Shown: one piece after another, positions 47,889 to 56,923 of the stretch | How positions within the stretch are numbered: the first letter of the stretch is position 1 | How the letters are laid out: each line of letters begins with the position of its first letter | Translations under genes and position numbers: made by a program | Notes under the pieces: generated by a model | The model's input: the letters and a program-made list of their open reading frames with translations, nothing else | Databases searched by the model: none | What the model was told of the DNA's origin: nothing | Source of the DNA: Helicobacter cetorum | Lineage (GTDB): Bacteria > Campylobacterota > Campylobacteria > Campylobacterales > BB28 | NCBI GenBank assembly: GCA_022729755.1 | Contig: DZAZ01000001.1 | Span: 1,823 to 65,822, forward strand | Direction: 5' to 3' | Length of the DNA: 64,000 bases

Positions 47889-48240
47889 TTGATTTTTCCT
47901 TTAATCTCTCTTTTACCACAAGCTTTAAATTATTAGCCTTATCAATCCAATTTTTAATGATTAAACTCGTATTTGCATAGTTATTCGCAAGTTTTGAATA
48001 CTCATCTATTCTAGTATCTATTAAATTGAATAATTCATCCTCTAACTCTTTAGACTTTAAATTATCTTTTGCCCCTTTAATTAGGCTTCTTAAGTTAACC
48101 TCTCTATCTTTAATAGGTATATTAAAATTTAACTTTTTAGCTATATTAAAAAAATCATAATTTGTTAAATAAACTCCTGAAAAAAACAGAGAAAGTAAAT
48201 TATCTTCTAGTGATACAAAACTACCTTTATTACTATTCAC
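47869..48240 (-). CDS. Hypothetical protein (123 aa)
   Basis: ORF overlapping both neighbours. I recognise no family. Confidence 0.4.
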   Translation of the reverse strand: MNSNKGSFVSLEDNLLSLFFSGVYLTNYDFFNIAKKLNFNIPIKDREVNLRSLIKGAKDNLKSKELEDELFNLIDTRIDEYSKLANNYANTSLIIKNWIDKANNLKLVVKERLKEKSNDFNDR

Positions 48241-48826
48241 AATTTTCCTTTAACTTGATTTTCGCAACTTTTCTTACATTTAAATCACTATCATTTAAAA
48301 GTTTTTGAAGTGTTGCTTTTGAAGTTGATGGATTTTCACCAACTCTAAGCCTCGTCATTTTATCAAAATCATCTGCTAAAATATTTAAAAGTTTGCTTGA
48401 AGTTGAACTATTTCCACTAAGTCCATCTCTTACTATTTTTTCATCTGAAAATAACTTATTTAATATAGAAACAGGTGTTTTTGGATTTGTAGCAACCAAC
48501 GCCCTCACTAAATTAACTTCATCACTTGAGAGTTTTTCTAAAATTTCTACACTGCTATGAGGATTTTTTGCAACAGCCCAACGAACACCCATATCGCTTG
48601 AATTTGATAATTGGGCTAAAAGCCATTCCATTACTTCACTTTTCTCTTTTTCTCTATCATAAACTGAAGTTCTAATACTTAAATTCATTGCAATTTTACT
48701 CACAACCTCCAAATGTTCTTTGAAAGTTAAATAAATATTTTTAATTTGATTAATATCTAATTCTTTATCTTCTAATAATTCTATTGCTTCATCTTTTGTA
48801 ATATTAATTAAATTTCTCATTTCCAT
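48233..48826 (-). CDS. Leucine-rich-repeat-variant / HEAT-like repeat protein
   Basis: 197 aa with repeats of the type VRWAVAKNPHSSVEILEKLSSD, VRALVATNPKTPVSILNKLFSD and RLRVGENPSTSKATLQKLLND. Confidence 0.5.
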   Translation of the reverse strand: MEMRNLINITKDEAIELLEDKELDINQIKNIYLTFKEHLEVVSKIAMNLSIRTSVYDREKEKSEVMEWLLAQLSNSSDMGVRWAVAKNPHSSVEILEKLSSDEVNLVRALVATNPKTPVSILNKLFSDEKIVRDGLSGNSSTSSKLLNILADDFDKMTRLRVGENPSTSKATLQKLLNDSDLNVRKVAKIKLKENCE

Positions 48827-49105
48827 AAAAATACCTTATTCCTTATTTTATATATCTCTAATTTTTTAAATACTTAAAGTTTATATTACCAAAAATTATT
48901 TAAAGTTAGATAATATGATAATTTAATAATGTGAAATTATAAAAATAATAAAAATTATGTTTAATTATTTTAAGGTATATTAAGATAGTACAAACTATAA
49001 TGTCCACTCAAAAATGTGCCTTAATTGTGTTAATTTACTAAATTTTTTTCACGAAAGAACCTTAAAAAGACGATGAATAAGAGGTTATTATTGAAAGGAG
49101 ATTAT

Positions 49106-50191
49106 ATGAAAAAGTGGCTAAAAGGAATAAGTTTAGCTGCTGTCCTTGCTTTTAATGCAAATGCATCAACTAATAATGATAGTGTATTAATTTCAGCAGA
49201 GGAAGCAATTAAATTAATTGGGAAGCCAAATGTAGTATTTGCAATGGGTGATAGTTCCGATATATTTGAGCTTGGGCATATTAAAAATTCAGTTGAAATG
49301 TTTGCACATCACTTACATCATGCAGATATAAGTGGGCATATGCATTGTGCACCACTGTTTATGTGTCCAGAAGAAGCTGAAGAGTTTATAGGCTCAAAGG
49401 GTATTTCAAATGATACCTTAATAATTGCATATGACGATTTTAGGGGTCCAAATGCAACTGGTGTTTATGCTTATTTTAAAAGTTTCGGTCACGATAAAAT
49501 AAAAATTTTAAATGGTGGAAGAAATGCTATTTCAGAACTTGACCCTGAACAAAAAATTTATAATCAATTAAAAGAAGAACAAAAAAAAGTTAAAGATGAT
49601 TTAAAAGAAGCGAAAAAAAATAAAAATGAAGCTTTAATAACTGAACTTAGTGCAAAAGATAAAGAGTTAAGTGATAAATTAACAGCTCAAGAATCAAAAC
49701 TTCTTATTCAAAAGGGGCACGAACCTGAAATTAAAAAAGCAGAGTATCATATTGACATGAAAAAAATTAATTATGATTATATTGCAACTAAAGATGAGTT
49801 AGTAGGTGCTGTAAATGATATTTTGGAAAAAGGCAATAAAAGTAAATACATTGTAATTGATTCAAGAGGAATTACAGAAATTATTGGCGAAAAAAAGCTT
49901 GATAATGTTGCAAGAGGTGGACATATTCCTGGTGCTAAACTTATTGAATGGAAGAATATGACAGATTTTGATAAAAAATTATCTTTCAAATCAAAAGAAG
50001 AGATGCAAAAAATATTTGACAAATATGGTATAACAAAAGATAAAACTATATATGCGTATTGTCATGTTGGTGCAGGAAGAAGTACAGAAATTACTACAGC
50101 CCTAGAAATGCTTGGTTATCCTAATGTAAAAGTTTATACAGGAAGTTGGGATGAGTGGGGTAATGATATGAATCTGCCAGTTAGAAGATAA
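49106..50191 (+). CDS. Periplasmic two-domain rhodanese (sulfurtransferase)
   Basis: The ATG at 49106 has an AAGGAG Shine-Dalgarno. Signal peptide MKKWLKGISLAAVLAFNANA. The N-terminal domain looks inactive (AYDDFRG). The C-terminal domain has the active loop CHVGAGRS and SWDEWG. Confidence 0.8.
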   Translation: MKKWLKGISLAAVLAFNANASTNNDSVLISAEEAIKLIGKPNVVFAMGDSSDIFELGHIKNSVEMFAHHLHHADISGHMHCAPLFMCPEEAEEFIGSKGISNDTLIIAYDDFRGPNATGVYAYFKSFGHDKIKILNGGRNAISELDPEQKIYNQLKEEQKKVKDDLKEAKKNKNEALITELSAKDKELSDKLTAQESKLLIQKGHEPEIKKAEYHIDMKKINYDYIATKDELVGAVNDILEKGNKSKYIVIDSRGITEIIGEKKLDNVARGGHIPGAKLIEWKNMTDFDKKLSFKSKEEMQKIFDKYGITKDKTIYAYCHVGAGRSTEITTALEMLGYPNVKVYTGSWDEWGNDMNLPVRR

Positions 50192-50207
50192 AAGAGGGAG
50201 TAAATAA

Positions 50208-53072
50208 ATGGTAAATGAAAAGAGAAGAGACTTTTTAAAGCTTTCAGGTGTTACTGCTACTATGGTTGCATCTCAAGGTTATCTATTTGCAAAAACTGCT
50301 CCGATGAGTATTGAAAATGGAAAAAATGATTATCCAAACACAAATTACACAGAGTCAATGTATAGAAACGAATTTTCTTTTACTTATGGAAATAAAGAAG
50401 ACCACGGTTTTGCATATCACTGTGTAAATTGTCAAGGTAACTGTGCTTGGGAAGTATGGGCAAATAATGGAGTTATCACAAGAGAAAATCAATCTGCAAG
50501 ATACCCTTCAATTAATGCTAAAATTCCTGATTTTAACCCTCGAGGTTGTAATAAAGGTGTTCAGCACTCTCAAGTTATGTATGAAAAAGATAGAATTCTC
50601 TATCCAATGAAAAGAGTTGGTAAAAGAGGCGAAGGTAAATGGAAAAGAATTACTTGGGATGAAGCAGCGACTGAAGTAGCACAAAAAATCTTTGATGTTA
50701 TGACTGACCCAAATAAGGGTCCAGGTAAGCTTTTAGTTCAACCTGGGACTGGATTACTAACTGAAGGTAGACGTGCCGCAACTTTGAGATTTGGTACACA
50801 ATTAGGTGCTGTTAGAACTTATCCATCAAGTTATCTTGGAGATATGTTTAGTGGTGCTGCGGTTGCATTTGGTGAGGGAAATCTTGGTTGTACATACGAT
50901 TTTATGTATTCAGTTGATACAGCTGTTATGTGGGGTGCTAATCCATCTATTTCAAGAATTCCAGATGCTCATTTTGTGTGGGAAGGTAAATATAATGGTG
51001 CAAAAATAATTGTAATTACACCTGAATTTAATGGAACTGCAAAATCTGCTGATGTTTGGATACCAATTAAAGCTGGAACTGATAATGCATTAGCTGCTAG
51101 TGTAATTTATGAAATAATTGAGCAAAAATTATATAAACCTGAATTTATTAAAATTTACACTGATTTACCATTTTTAGTTAATGTTGAGACTAAAAAATTA
51201 ATTAGAAGAAGCGATATTGAGGGTCATGGTGAGCATAAATGGGAAGAAGAATTTTATTGCTGGAATGAAGCAACAAGCTCGATTGCACTTATGCCTGGAA
51301 CTGAAGGAAATGAACATCATACTCTTAGAATTAGTGACTTTGGAATAAAACCTGCACTTGAGGGAAATTGGGAAATTAAACTTCACGATGGTAAAACAGT
51401 AAAAGTTACAACTGCTTTTGAAATGCTAAAAGCAAATATTAAAAGATTTTCACCTGAAAAAACACAAGAAGAAACAGGTGTTCATCCTTCAGTTGTGAAA
51501 CAATTAGCAAAAGATATTGCTTTACCTAAAGTTGTTGAAATTACAACTGGATTTTCACTCAATAAATATTTTAATGGTGTTTTAAATTTATGGAATATAG
51601 CTTCAATTTGTGGTTTAACTGGAAGACTTGGACCATATGGTGGATTAAATACTGAAAATGAGTTTACATTAAGTGGAATGGGTGCATTAAGTGGATTTGA
51701 TGGAAAGTATAAAAATAGATTTGGTTCTGGATTTGTTGGTGATTTCGTTTTAGGTGGAAATGGGATGAAAACATTCAAAGAGTATTTTCACGATAAAGAT
51801 GTAAAACGAGCAACTGACAAAGGTGATGGTGGAATTAGCAAAGATGAATATATTAAAATTGTCGAAGCAATGCTTACTGATGGTGAAAATGGAAAAGTAA
51901 AAAGTGCAAAACATTATTGGCAGTCAGAAGTTGCAATTATAATAGCAGATTCAAGATTTAGAAGAACAAAAGGAAAAGCTTATAGAGAAGCTTTCTTAAA
52001 ACAGATGAAATATTTTGCTTATGTTGATTTTAGAATGAGTGAAACAGCAGTTTATGCTGATTTAGTTCTTCCAGCAAAAGCTCATTATGAAGTTTGGGAT
52101 ATTAGAAGTTCACCTGGATATCATAGATTTACAAATTTAGCTCAACCTGCCGCAAACTTAAAACCAGTAGGTGAAGCAATGGATGAGTGGGCTATGTTTG
52201 CATTAATTGCTAAAAAAATAGAAGAGATTGCAAATCAGCCTAAAAATGTTGCTAAAGCAAAAGTAGCTGACCCAGATTATGCAAAACCAGGTTTCCACGA
52301 TTTATCTATTTTTCATCAAGAGTTTACAAATACGGATGAAGATTCTGAAATGGAAATGGAGCCGTATTTAGGAACGGATAAACAGGCTCTTCAAGCCGCA
52401 CTTGATAAATGTGAACAGTATGAGCCTTATACAATTGAAAAAATGTATAAAATGGGTGGTTTTTTACAATTAAATGAAAAAGCTGCAAAAAGTTCACCTT
52501 TATATGCAGATAGACCATTTAACTCTATGGAAGATCATTTATTTAAAATGGAAAGATTTGAAACTTTAAGTGGAAGACAAACATTCTATGTTGACCACGA
52601 TATTTGGATTAAACTTGGTGCTAATACAAATACATCTTTAAAATCAATTACACCAAAAGATAGATATCCATTTGTTATGATGACACCTCATGCAAGATGG
52701 TCTATTCATTCAAATTATAAAGCAAGTAGAACTCTTCAAAGATTACAAAGAGGAAAGCCATATATTCAAATAAATCCTGATATTGCCTTGATTAAGGGAA
52801 TAAAAGATGGTGATGAAGTTAAAGTTTATAACTCACTTGGACACTTTTTTGCAATGGCAAAAGTTTCAAATTCAGCACCACTTGATGGGATTGTAATGGA
52901 ACACGGTTGGGAGCCTTATATGTATAGAGATTTAAAAGGTCACAATGAAGTTGTACCAACTGCACTTAACTTGCTAGAATTAGCAGATGGTTGGGGGCAT
53001 TTAAAATTTGGTCCTTTATGGGATGGTAACCAGTATGCATATGATGGTTCAGTCGATATAAAAAAAGCATAA
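50208..53072 (+). CDS. Tat-exported molybdopterin oxidoreductase catalytic subunit, type II DMSO reductase family (NarG/SerA/DdhA/ClrA/PcrA-like). Substrate unknown.
   Basis: 954 aa with twin-arginine motif RRDFLKLSG. The FS0 motif is H-x3-C-x3-C (YHCVNCQGNCAW) plus PRGCNKG. KRVGKRGEGKWKRITWDEA is also present. Confidence 0.85.
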   Translation: MVNEKRRDFLKLSGVTATMVASQGYLFAKTAPMSIENGKNDYPNTNYTESMYRNEFSFTYGNKEDHGFAYHCVNCQGNCAWEVWANNGVITRENQSARYPSINAKIPDFNPRGCNKGVQHSQVMYEKDRILYPMKRVGKRGEGKWKRITWDEAATEVAQKIFDVMTDPNKGPGKLLVQPGTGLLTEGRRAATLRFGTQLGAVRTYPSSYLGDMFSGAAVAFGEGNLGCTYDFMYSVDTAVMWGANPSISRIPDAHFVWEGKYNGAKIIVITPEFNGTAKSADVWIPIKAGTDNALAASVIYEIIEQKLYKPEFIKIYTDLPFLVNVETKKLIRRSDIEGHGEHKWEEEFYCWNEATSSIALMPGTEGNEHHTLRISDFGIKPALEGNWEIKLHDGKTVKVTTAFEMLKANIKRFSPEKTQEETGVHPSVVKQLAKDIALPKVVEITTGFSLNKYFNGVLNLWNIASICGLTGRLGPYGGLNTENEFTLSGMGALSGFDGKYKNRFGSGFVGDFVLGGNGMKTFKEYFHDKDVKRATDKGDGGISKDEYIKIVEAMLTDGENGKVKSAKHYWQSEVAIIIADSRFRRTKGKAYREAFLKQMKYFAYVDFRMSETAVYADLVLPAKAHYEVWDIRSSPGYHRFTNLAQPAANLKPVGEAMDEWAMFALIAKKIEEIANQPKNVAKAKVADPDYAKPGFHDLSIFHQEFTNTDEDSEMEMEPYLGTDKQALQAALDKCEQYEPYTIEKMYKMGGFLQLNEKAAKSSPLYADRPFNSMEDHLFKMERFETLSGRQTFYVDHDIWIKLGANTNTSLKSITPKDRYPFVMMTPHARWSIHSNYKASRTLQRLQRGKPYIQINPDIALIKGIKDGDEVKVYNSLGHFFAMAKVSNSAPLDGIVMEHGWEPYMYRDLKGHNEVVPTALNLLELADGWGHLKFGPLWDGNQYAYDGSVDIKKA

Positions 53073-53085
53073 GTAGGAGAAATAT

Positions 53086-54168
53086 ATGTCAAAAAGACAA
53101 TTAGCAATGGTAATGGATTTAAATAAGTGTATTGGTTGTCAAACTTGTACTGTTGCTTGTAAAACTCAATGGACAAATAGAAATGGTCGCGAATATATGT
53201 ATTGGAACAATGTTGAAACTTATCCAGGTGAGGGTTATCCTAAAAAGTGGCAACAATCAGGTGGTGGGTTTGATGCAGCAGGAGATTTACAAGAGGGAAT
53301 TATCCCTAATTTAGAAGCAGATTATGGAATTCCGTGGGATTATAATTATGATGAATTAGCACAAGGTAAACAGTGGAAAGCAAATGTTGAACCAACTTGG
53401 GGACCAAATTGGGATGAAGATCAAGGTGCTGGAAATTTCCCAAGTGATAACTATTTCTTTTATATTCCTAGAATTTGTAATCACTGCTCAAATCCAGGCT
53501 GTTTGAGTGCTTGTCCTAGAGATGCAATTTTCAAAAGAGAACAAGATGGAGTAGTTTTAGTTGACCTTGATAGATGTCAAGGATATAGATATTGTATTGC
53601 AGGATGTCCTTACAAAAAAATTTATTTTAACCCAAAACTTTCAAAAAGTGAAAAGTGTATTTTATGTTTTCCAAGAGTTGAAAAGGGACTTCCACCAGCT
53701 TGTGCGCAACAATGTGTTGGAAGAATTAGATTTGTTGGATTTTTAGATGATGAAAATTCTCAAGTTCATAAATTAGTTCATAAACATAAAGTTGCACTTC
53801 CACTTAGAAGTGATTATGGAACCGAACCTAATATCTATTATATACCACCAGTAGTTTCGCCAGTTAAATATGATAGTGATGGTAAAATTATTGAAGGAAG
53901 CGATAGAATTCCAGCAGAAGAGCTTGAAAAATTATTTGGTCCAAATGTTCACGAAATTGTAAAGAAATTGAGAGCTGAAATGCAAACAAGAAAAGAGACT
54001 GGAGAGAGCGAAATTCTTGATTTATTAATTTCTTTTAAGCATTCTGAAATGTTTAGACTTGATGGTGATTATTATGCTGGTAATGGATTAGGCATTAAGC
54101 CAGTTGATAATAGATATTTATCGGGTAAAAATACAGTAAAATTTACATCGTTTAAGGCGGTGCACTAA
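53086..54168 (+). CDS. Type II DMSO reductase family iron-sulfur (beta) subunit
   Basis: 360 aa with four Cys clusters: CIGCQTCTVACK, CNHCSNPGCLSACP, CQGYRYCIAGCP and CILCFPR...ACAQQC. Confidence 0.88.
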   Translation: MSKRQLAMVMDLNKCIGCQTCTVACKTQWTNRNGREYMYWNNVETYPGEGYPKKWQQSGGGFDAAGDLQEGIIPNLEADYGIPWDYNYDELAQGKQWKANVEPTWGPNWDEDQGAGNFPSDNYFFYIPRICNHCSNPGCLSACPRDAIFKREQDGVVLVDLDRCQGYRYCIAGCPYKKIYFNPKLSKSEKCILCFPRVEKGLPPACAQQCVGRIRFVGFLDDENSQVHKLVHKHKVALPLRSDYGTEPNIYYIPPVVSPVKYDSDGKIIEGSDRIPAEELEKLFGPNVHEIVKKLRAEMQTRKETGESEILDLLISFKHSEMFRLDGDYYAGNGLGIKPVDNRYLSGKNTVKFTSFKAVH

Positions 54169-55367
54169 TGAAAAAAATAAGCAGTTTAATCTTAGCAGGA
54201 GCTTTAAGCTCTGTTTTTGCCTCAAATTATATTACGGCAATTAAAGAAAAAGGCGATTTGAGTAAAACAGATATAAATTCACCTTTTTGGAAAAAAGCTA
54301 AACCAGTGAGTATTGAGCTTTATTCTCAAACAACTATTAAATTAAATGATAAAAATGCGAATGTTAAAAACGAAACTTCTGGTGCTAAAAAAGTTCAAGT
54401 AAGTGCAGTTTATAATGATAAAGATATAGCATTTAAAATAGTTTGGGCTGATGAGAGTGAAAATATTTTTAATGTAAACTCAACTACAACTTATGCCGAT
54501 GGATTTGCACTTCAATTTGCAAAAGATTATTCAGATGTTGCGAAACTTCCATATATTGGAATGGGTAGTAAGGATAGAGAAGTTATTGTGCATATTCAAA
54601 AAGCATACAAAAGTGTGTATGAACCAAATGGAAATGGAGATATAGAAAGTCAAGTTAATAGAGATAATTCTCCTCACTTTGAGGCAGATTTAAAGAAGTT
54701 TGATGAAAAAGTGGCGAGTTTAGGTAATCAAGATTATCAAAAAGCTTTTATTTCTGAAGGTTTTAGAAGTATGAGCGAAATTAAAGATAAAAGTAGTGAA
54801 TTCAGTGCAAAAATGGTTTTTTCTAAAAAGAAATGGGAAGCTACTTTTACAAGACCTTTAAAAGATGTTTATCTTGATTTAAATAGTGGGGCTATTCCTG
54901 TTGCACTTGCTGTTTGGGATGGGGATAAAATGGGAAGAGATGGCTTAAAGCATTTATCAGCTTGGGTACCTTTGAAATTTGAGGGTAAAGAGGGTGGTGA
55001 AGACTTTATAGCAAAATTAACTGAAAAGCCAACGGGTGATGTAAACAAGGGAAAAGAGTTAGTGACACAAAATTGTATTGCTTGTCATAACTATAAAGGA
55101 AGTGATAATGGAATGCCATATATGGCTCCAAATTTAAGCAATATCGGTGGATACTCGATAACTGCTTATTTAAGAGAGTCGTTAATAAATCCAAATGCAG
55201 TTATAGTTCCTGGATATAATAGAAATGCACATAAAAATTTTGCTTGGTACAATATAGATGAAAAAGGCAATAGAGTTTCGGCTATGCCGTCTTATGATTA
55301 CTTAGATGAGAAAAGTATAAATGATATTGTTGCATTTCTTTCAACTTTAAAAGAGGAGAGTAAATAA
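54168..55367 (+). CDS. Gamma subunit: EbdC/DdhC-like haem b (EB_dh) domain fused to a C-terminal monohaem cytochrome c domain
   Basis: 399 aa with a signal peptide. EB_dh-like blocks are DGFALQF...PYIGMG and AVWDGDKMGRDGLKHLSAW. The C-terminus has CIACH and SAMPS. Confidence 0.7.
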   Translation: MKKISSLILAGALSSVFASNYITAIKEKGDLSKTDINSPFWKKAKPVSIELYSQTTIKLNDKNANVKNETSGAKKVQVSAVYNDKDIAFKIVWADESENIFNVNSTTTYADGFALQFAKDYSDVAKLPYIGMGSKDREVIVHIQKAYKSVYEPNGNGDIESQVNRDNSPHFEADLKKFDEKVASLGNQDYQKAFISEGFRSMSEIKDKSSEFSAKMVFSKKKWEATFTRPLKDVYLDLNSGAIPVALAVWDGDKMGRDGLKHLSAWVPLKFEGKEGGEDFIAKLTEKPTGDVNKGKELVTQNCIACHNYKGSDNGMPYMAPNLSNIGGYSITAYLRESLINPNAVIVPGYNRNAHKNFAWYNIDEKGNRVSAMPSYDYLDEKSINDIVAFLSTLKEESK

Positions 55368-55804
55368 TGAAAAAATTTATATTGATTTTAGCTACTCTTT
55401 TTTTAACTATTATTTCAGTTAATGGGGCAGATGAAGCAAATAAAACACTCGAACAAGATGGCAACAAAACAGAAGGTTTTTTAACTACTAAATGGTGTGC
55501 TGATAGAGCATATTTTCAAGATTGTAGGTTAGAGAGTTATTTTTGTGGAGAAGGTAATTGTTTTAAAAACTGGGAATTTGGGCAACCAGAAAAAGAGGAG
55601 TTAGTACTTTTCGTTCACGATGAAGGGAAGTATTATAATATTAAATTAACTGATAAAGTAAAAAGATACGAAATAGATAAGGTTATGAATAGAAATCAAG
55701 TTTCTATTTTTGGCGAATTAAATAAAGCTACAAATACAATTTCAGCAATAGGTATTAAAGCTCCACCTCCTGCAGGTAAATCATTCTTCAAAGGTTGTTT
55801 ATAA
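55367..55804 (+). CDS. Secreted Cys-rich hypothetical protein (145 aa)
   Basis: Signal peptide MKKFILILATLFLTIISVNG. Contains six Cys (WCADRAYFQDCRLESYFCGEGNCF...GCL). Translationally coupled to the gamma subunit (TAATG). Confidence 0.5.
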   Translation: MKKFILILATLFLTIISVNGADEANKTLEQDGNKTEGFLTTKWCADRAYFQDCRLESYFCGEGNCFKNWEFGQPEKEELVLFVHDEGKYYNIKLTDKVKRYEIDKVMNRNQVSIFGELNKATNTISAIGIKAPPPAGKSFFKGCL

Positions 55805-55807
55805 AAT

Positions 55808-55847
55808 AAAAAGATACGAATTATCTTTTTATTTTTGCTTTTTTTCT
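55808..55847 (+). terminator. Rho-independent terminator closing the molybdoenzyme cluster
   Basis: A 9-bp stem aaaaagata/tatcttttt with loop cgaat, followed by atttttgcttttttt. Confidence 0.55.
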
Positions 55848-55915
55848 ACTATTACATCAAAAAATTACAACTTCTTAATCTTTCTTTGTTATAATTTAAT
55901 AAAAAAGGGTTGATT

Positions 55916-56923
55916 ATGAAATTAAAAATAAATTCACCACTTGATATGCACTTGCATTTAAGGGAAAGAGAGATGTTAAAAGTTGTAGCACCAATTAGTG
56001 CTAGAGAGTTTTCTGGGGCTTTAGTTATGCCAAATTTAACTTTGCCACTTACTTCAAAAGAGGCACTTTTAAGCTATAAAGATGAAATTTTAAATTTAAC
56101 AAAAGAGTATAATTTTAAGCCATATATGAGTCTGTTTTTTCAAGAAAATTATGATTATGAGTTTTTAAAAAGCTTAAAAGATGAAATTTTAGTAGTGAAA
56201 CTGTATCCTGCTGGAGTAACTACAAATAGTGAAAGCGGTGTGGTTGAGTTTGATATAGAAAAACTTACTCCCGTGCTTGAAGCTATGAGTGAGCTTGATA
56301 TTCCTCTTTCAATTCACGGTGAGAGTGATGGATTTGTGCTTGAGCGAGAAGCTGAATTTGTGCCAATTTATGAAAAATTGGCTATCGCTTTTCCAAAACT
56401 TAAAATTATAATGGAGCATATCTCAAGCAAAGAGGCGGTTAAAATCCTTGATAATTATGAAAATCTCTATGCAACAATTACACTTCATCACTTGCTTTTT
56501 ACTTTTGATGATATGGCTGGAGGAAAGTTTAACCCTCATCTATTTTGCAAACCAATTCTAAAGCGAGAAAAAGATAAAAAAGCACTTTTAAAATTAGCCC
56601 TAAATGCTCATCCAAAAGTGATGTTTGGTAGCGACTCTGCACCTCATCCAAAAAATACAAAAGAGTGTGCAAATGTAAATGCAGGGATTTTTTCAGCTCC
56701 ACTTTTGCTTCCTGCTTTAGCTGAAGTATTTGAGAAATACAATAAACTCGATAATTTACAAAAATTTGTAAGTAATAATGCAAGGCGAATTTACAATATT
56801 ACACCGCCTCAAAAAGAGATAACTCTAATCAAGGAGTCTTTTAGAGTTGAGGCAATTTATGGGGAAGTTGTGCCAATTTTTGCTAATCAAGAGATTAGTT
56901 GGAGAGTTGAGGGTGTCAAGTAA
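55916..56923 (+). CDS. pyrC: Dihydroorotase (class II, homodimeric type)
   Basis: Contains PLDMHLHLRE, HGES and FGSDSAPH. An extended -10 (TGtTATAAT) lies at 55887-55895. Confidence 0.88.
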   Translation: MKLKINSPLDMHLHLREREMLKVVAPISAREFSGALVMPNLTLPLTSKEALLSYKDEILNLTKEYNFKPYMSLFFQENYDYEFLKSLKDEILVVKLYPAGVTTNSESGVVEFDIEKLTPVLEAMSELDIPLSIHGESDGFVLEREAEFVPIYEKLAIAFPKLKIIMEHISSKEAVKILDNYENLYATITLHHLLFTFDDMAGGKFNPHLFCKPILKREKDKKALLKLALNAHPKVMFGSDSAPHPKNTKECANVNAGIFSAPLLLPALAEVFEKYNKLDNLQKFVSNNARRIYNITPPQKEITLIKESFRVEAIYGEVVPIFANQEISWRVEGVK

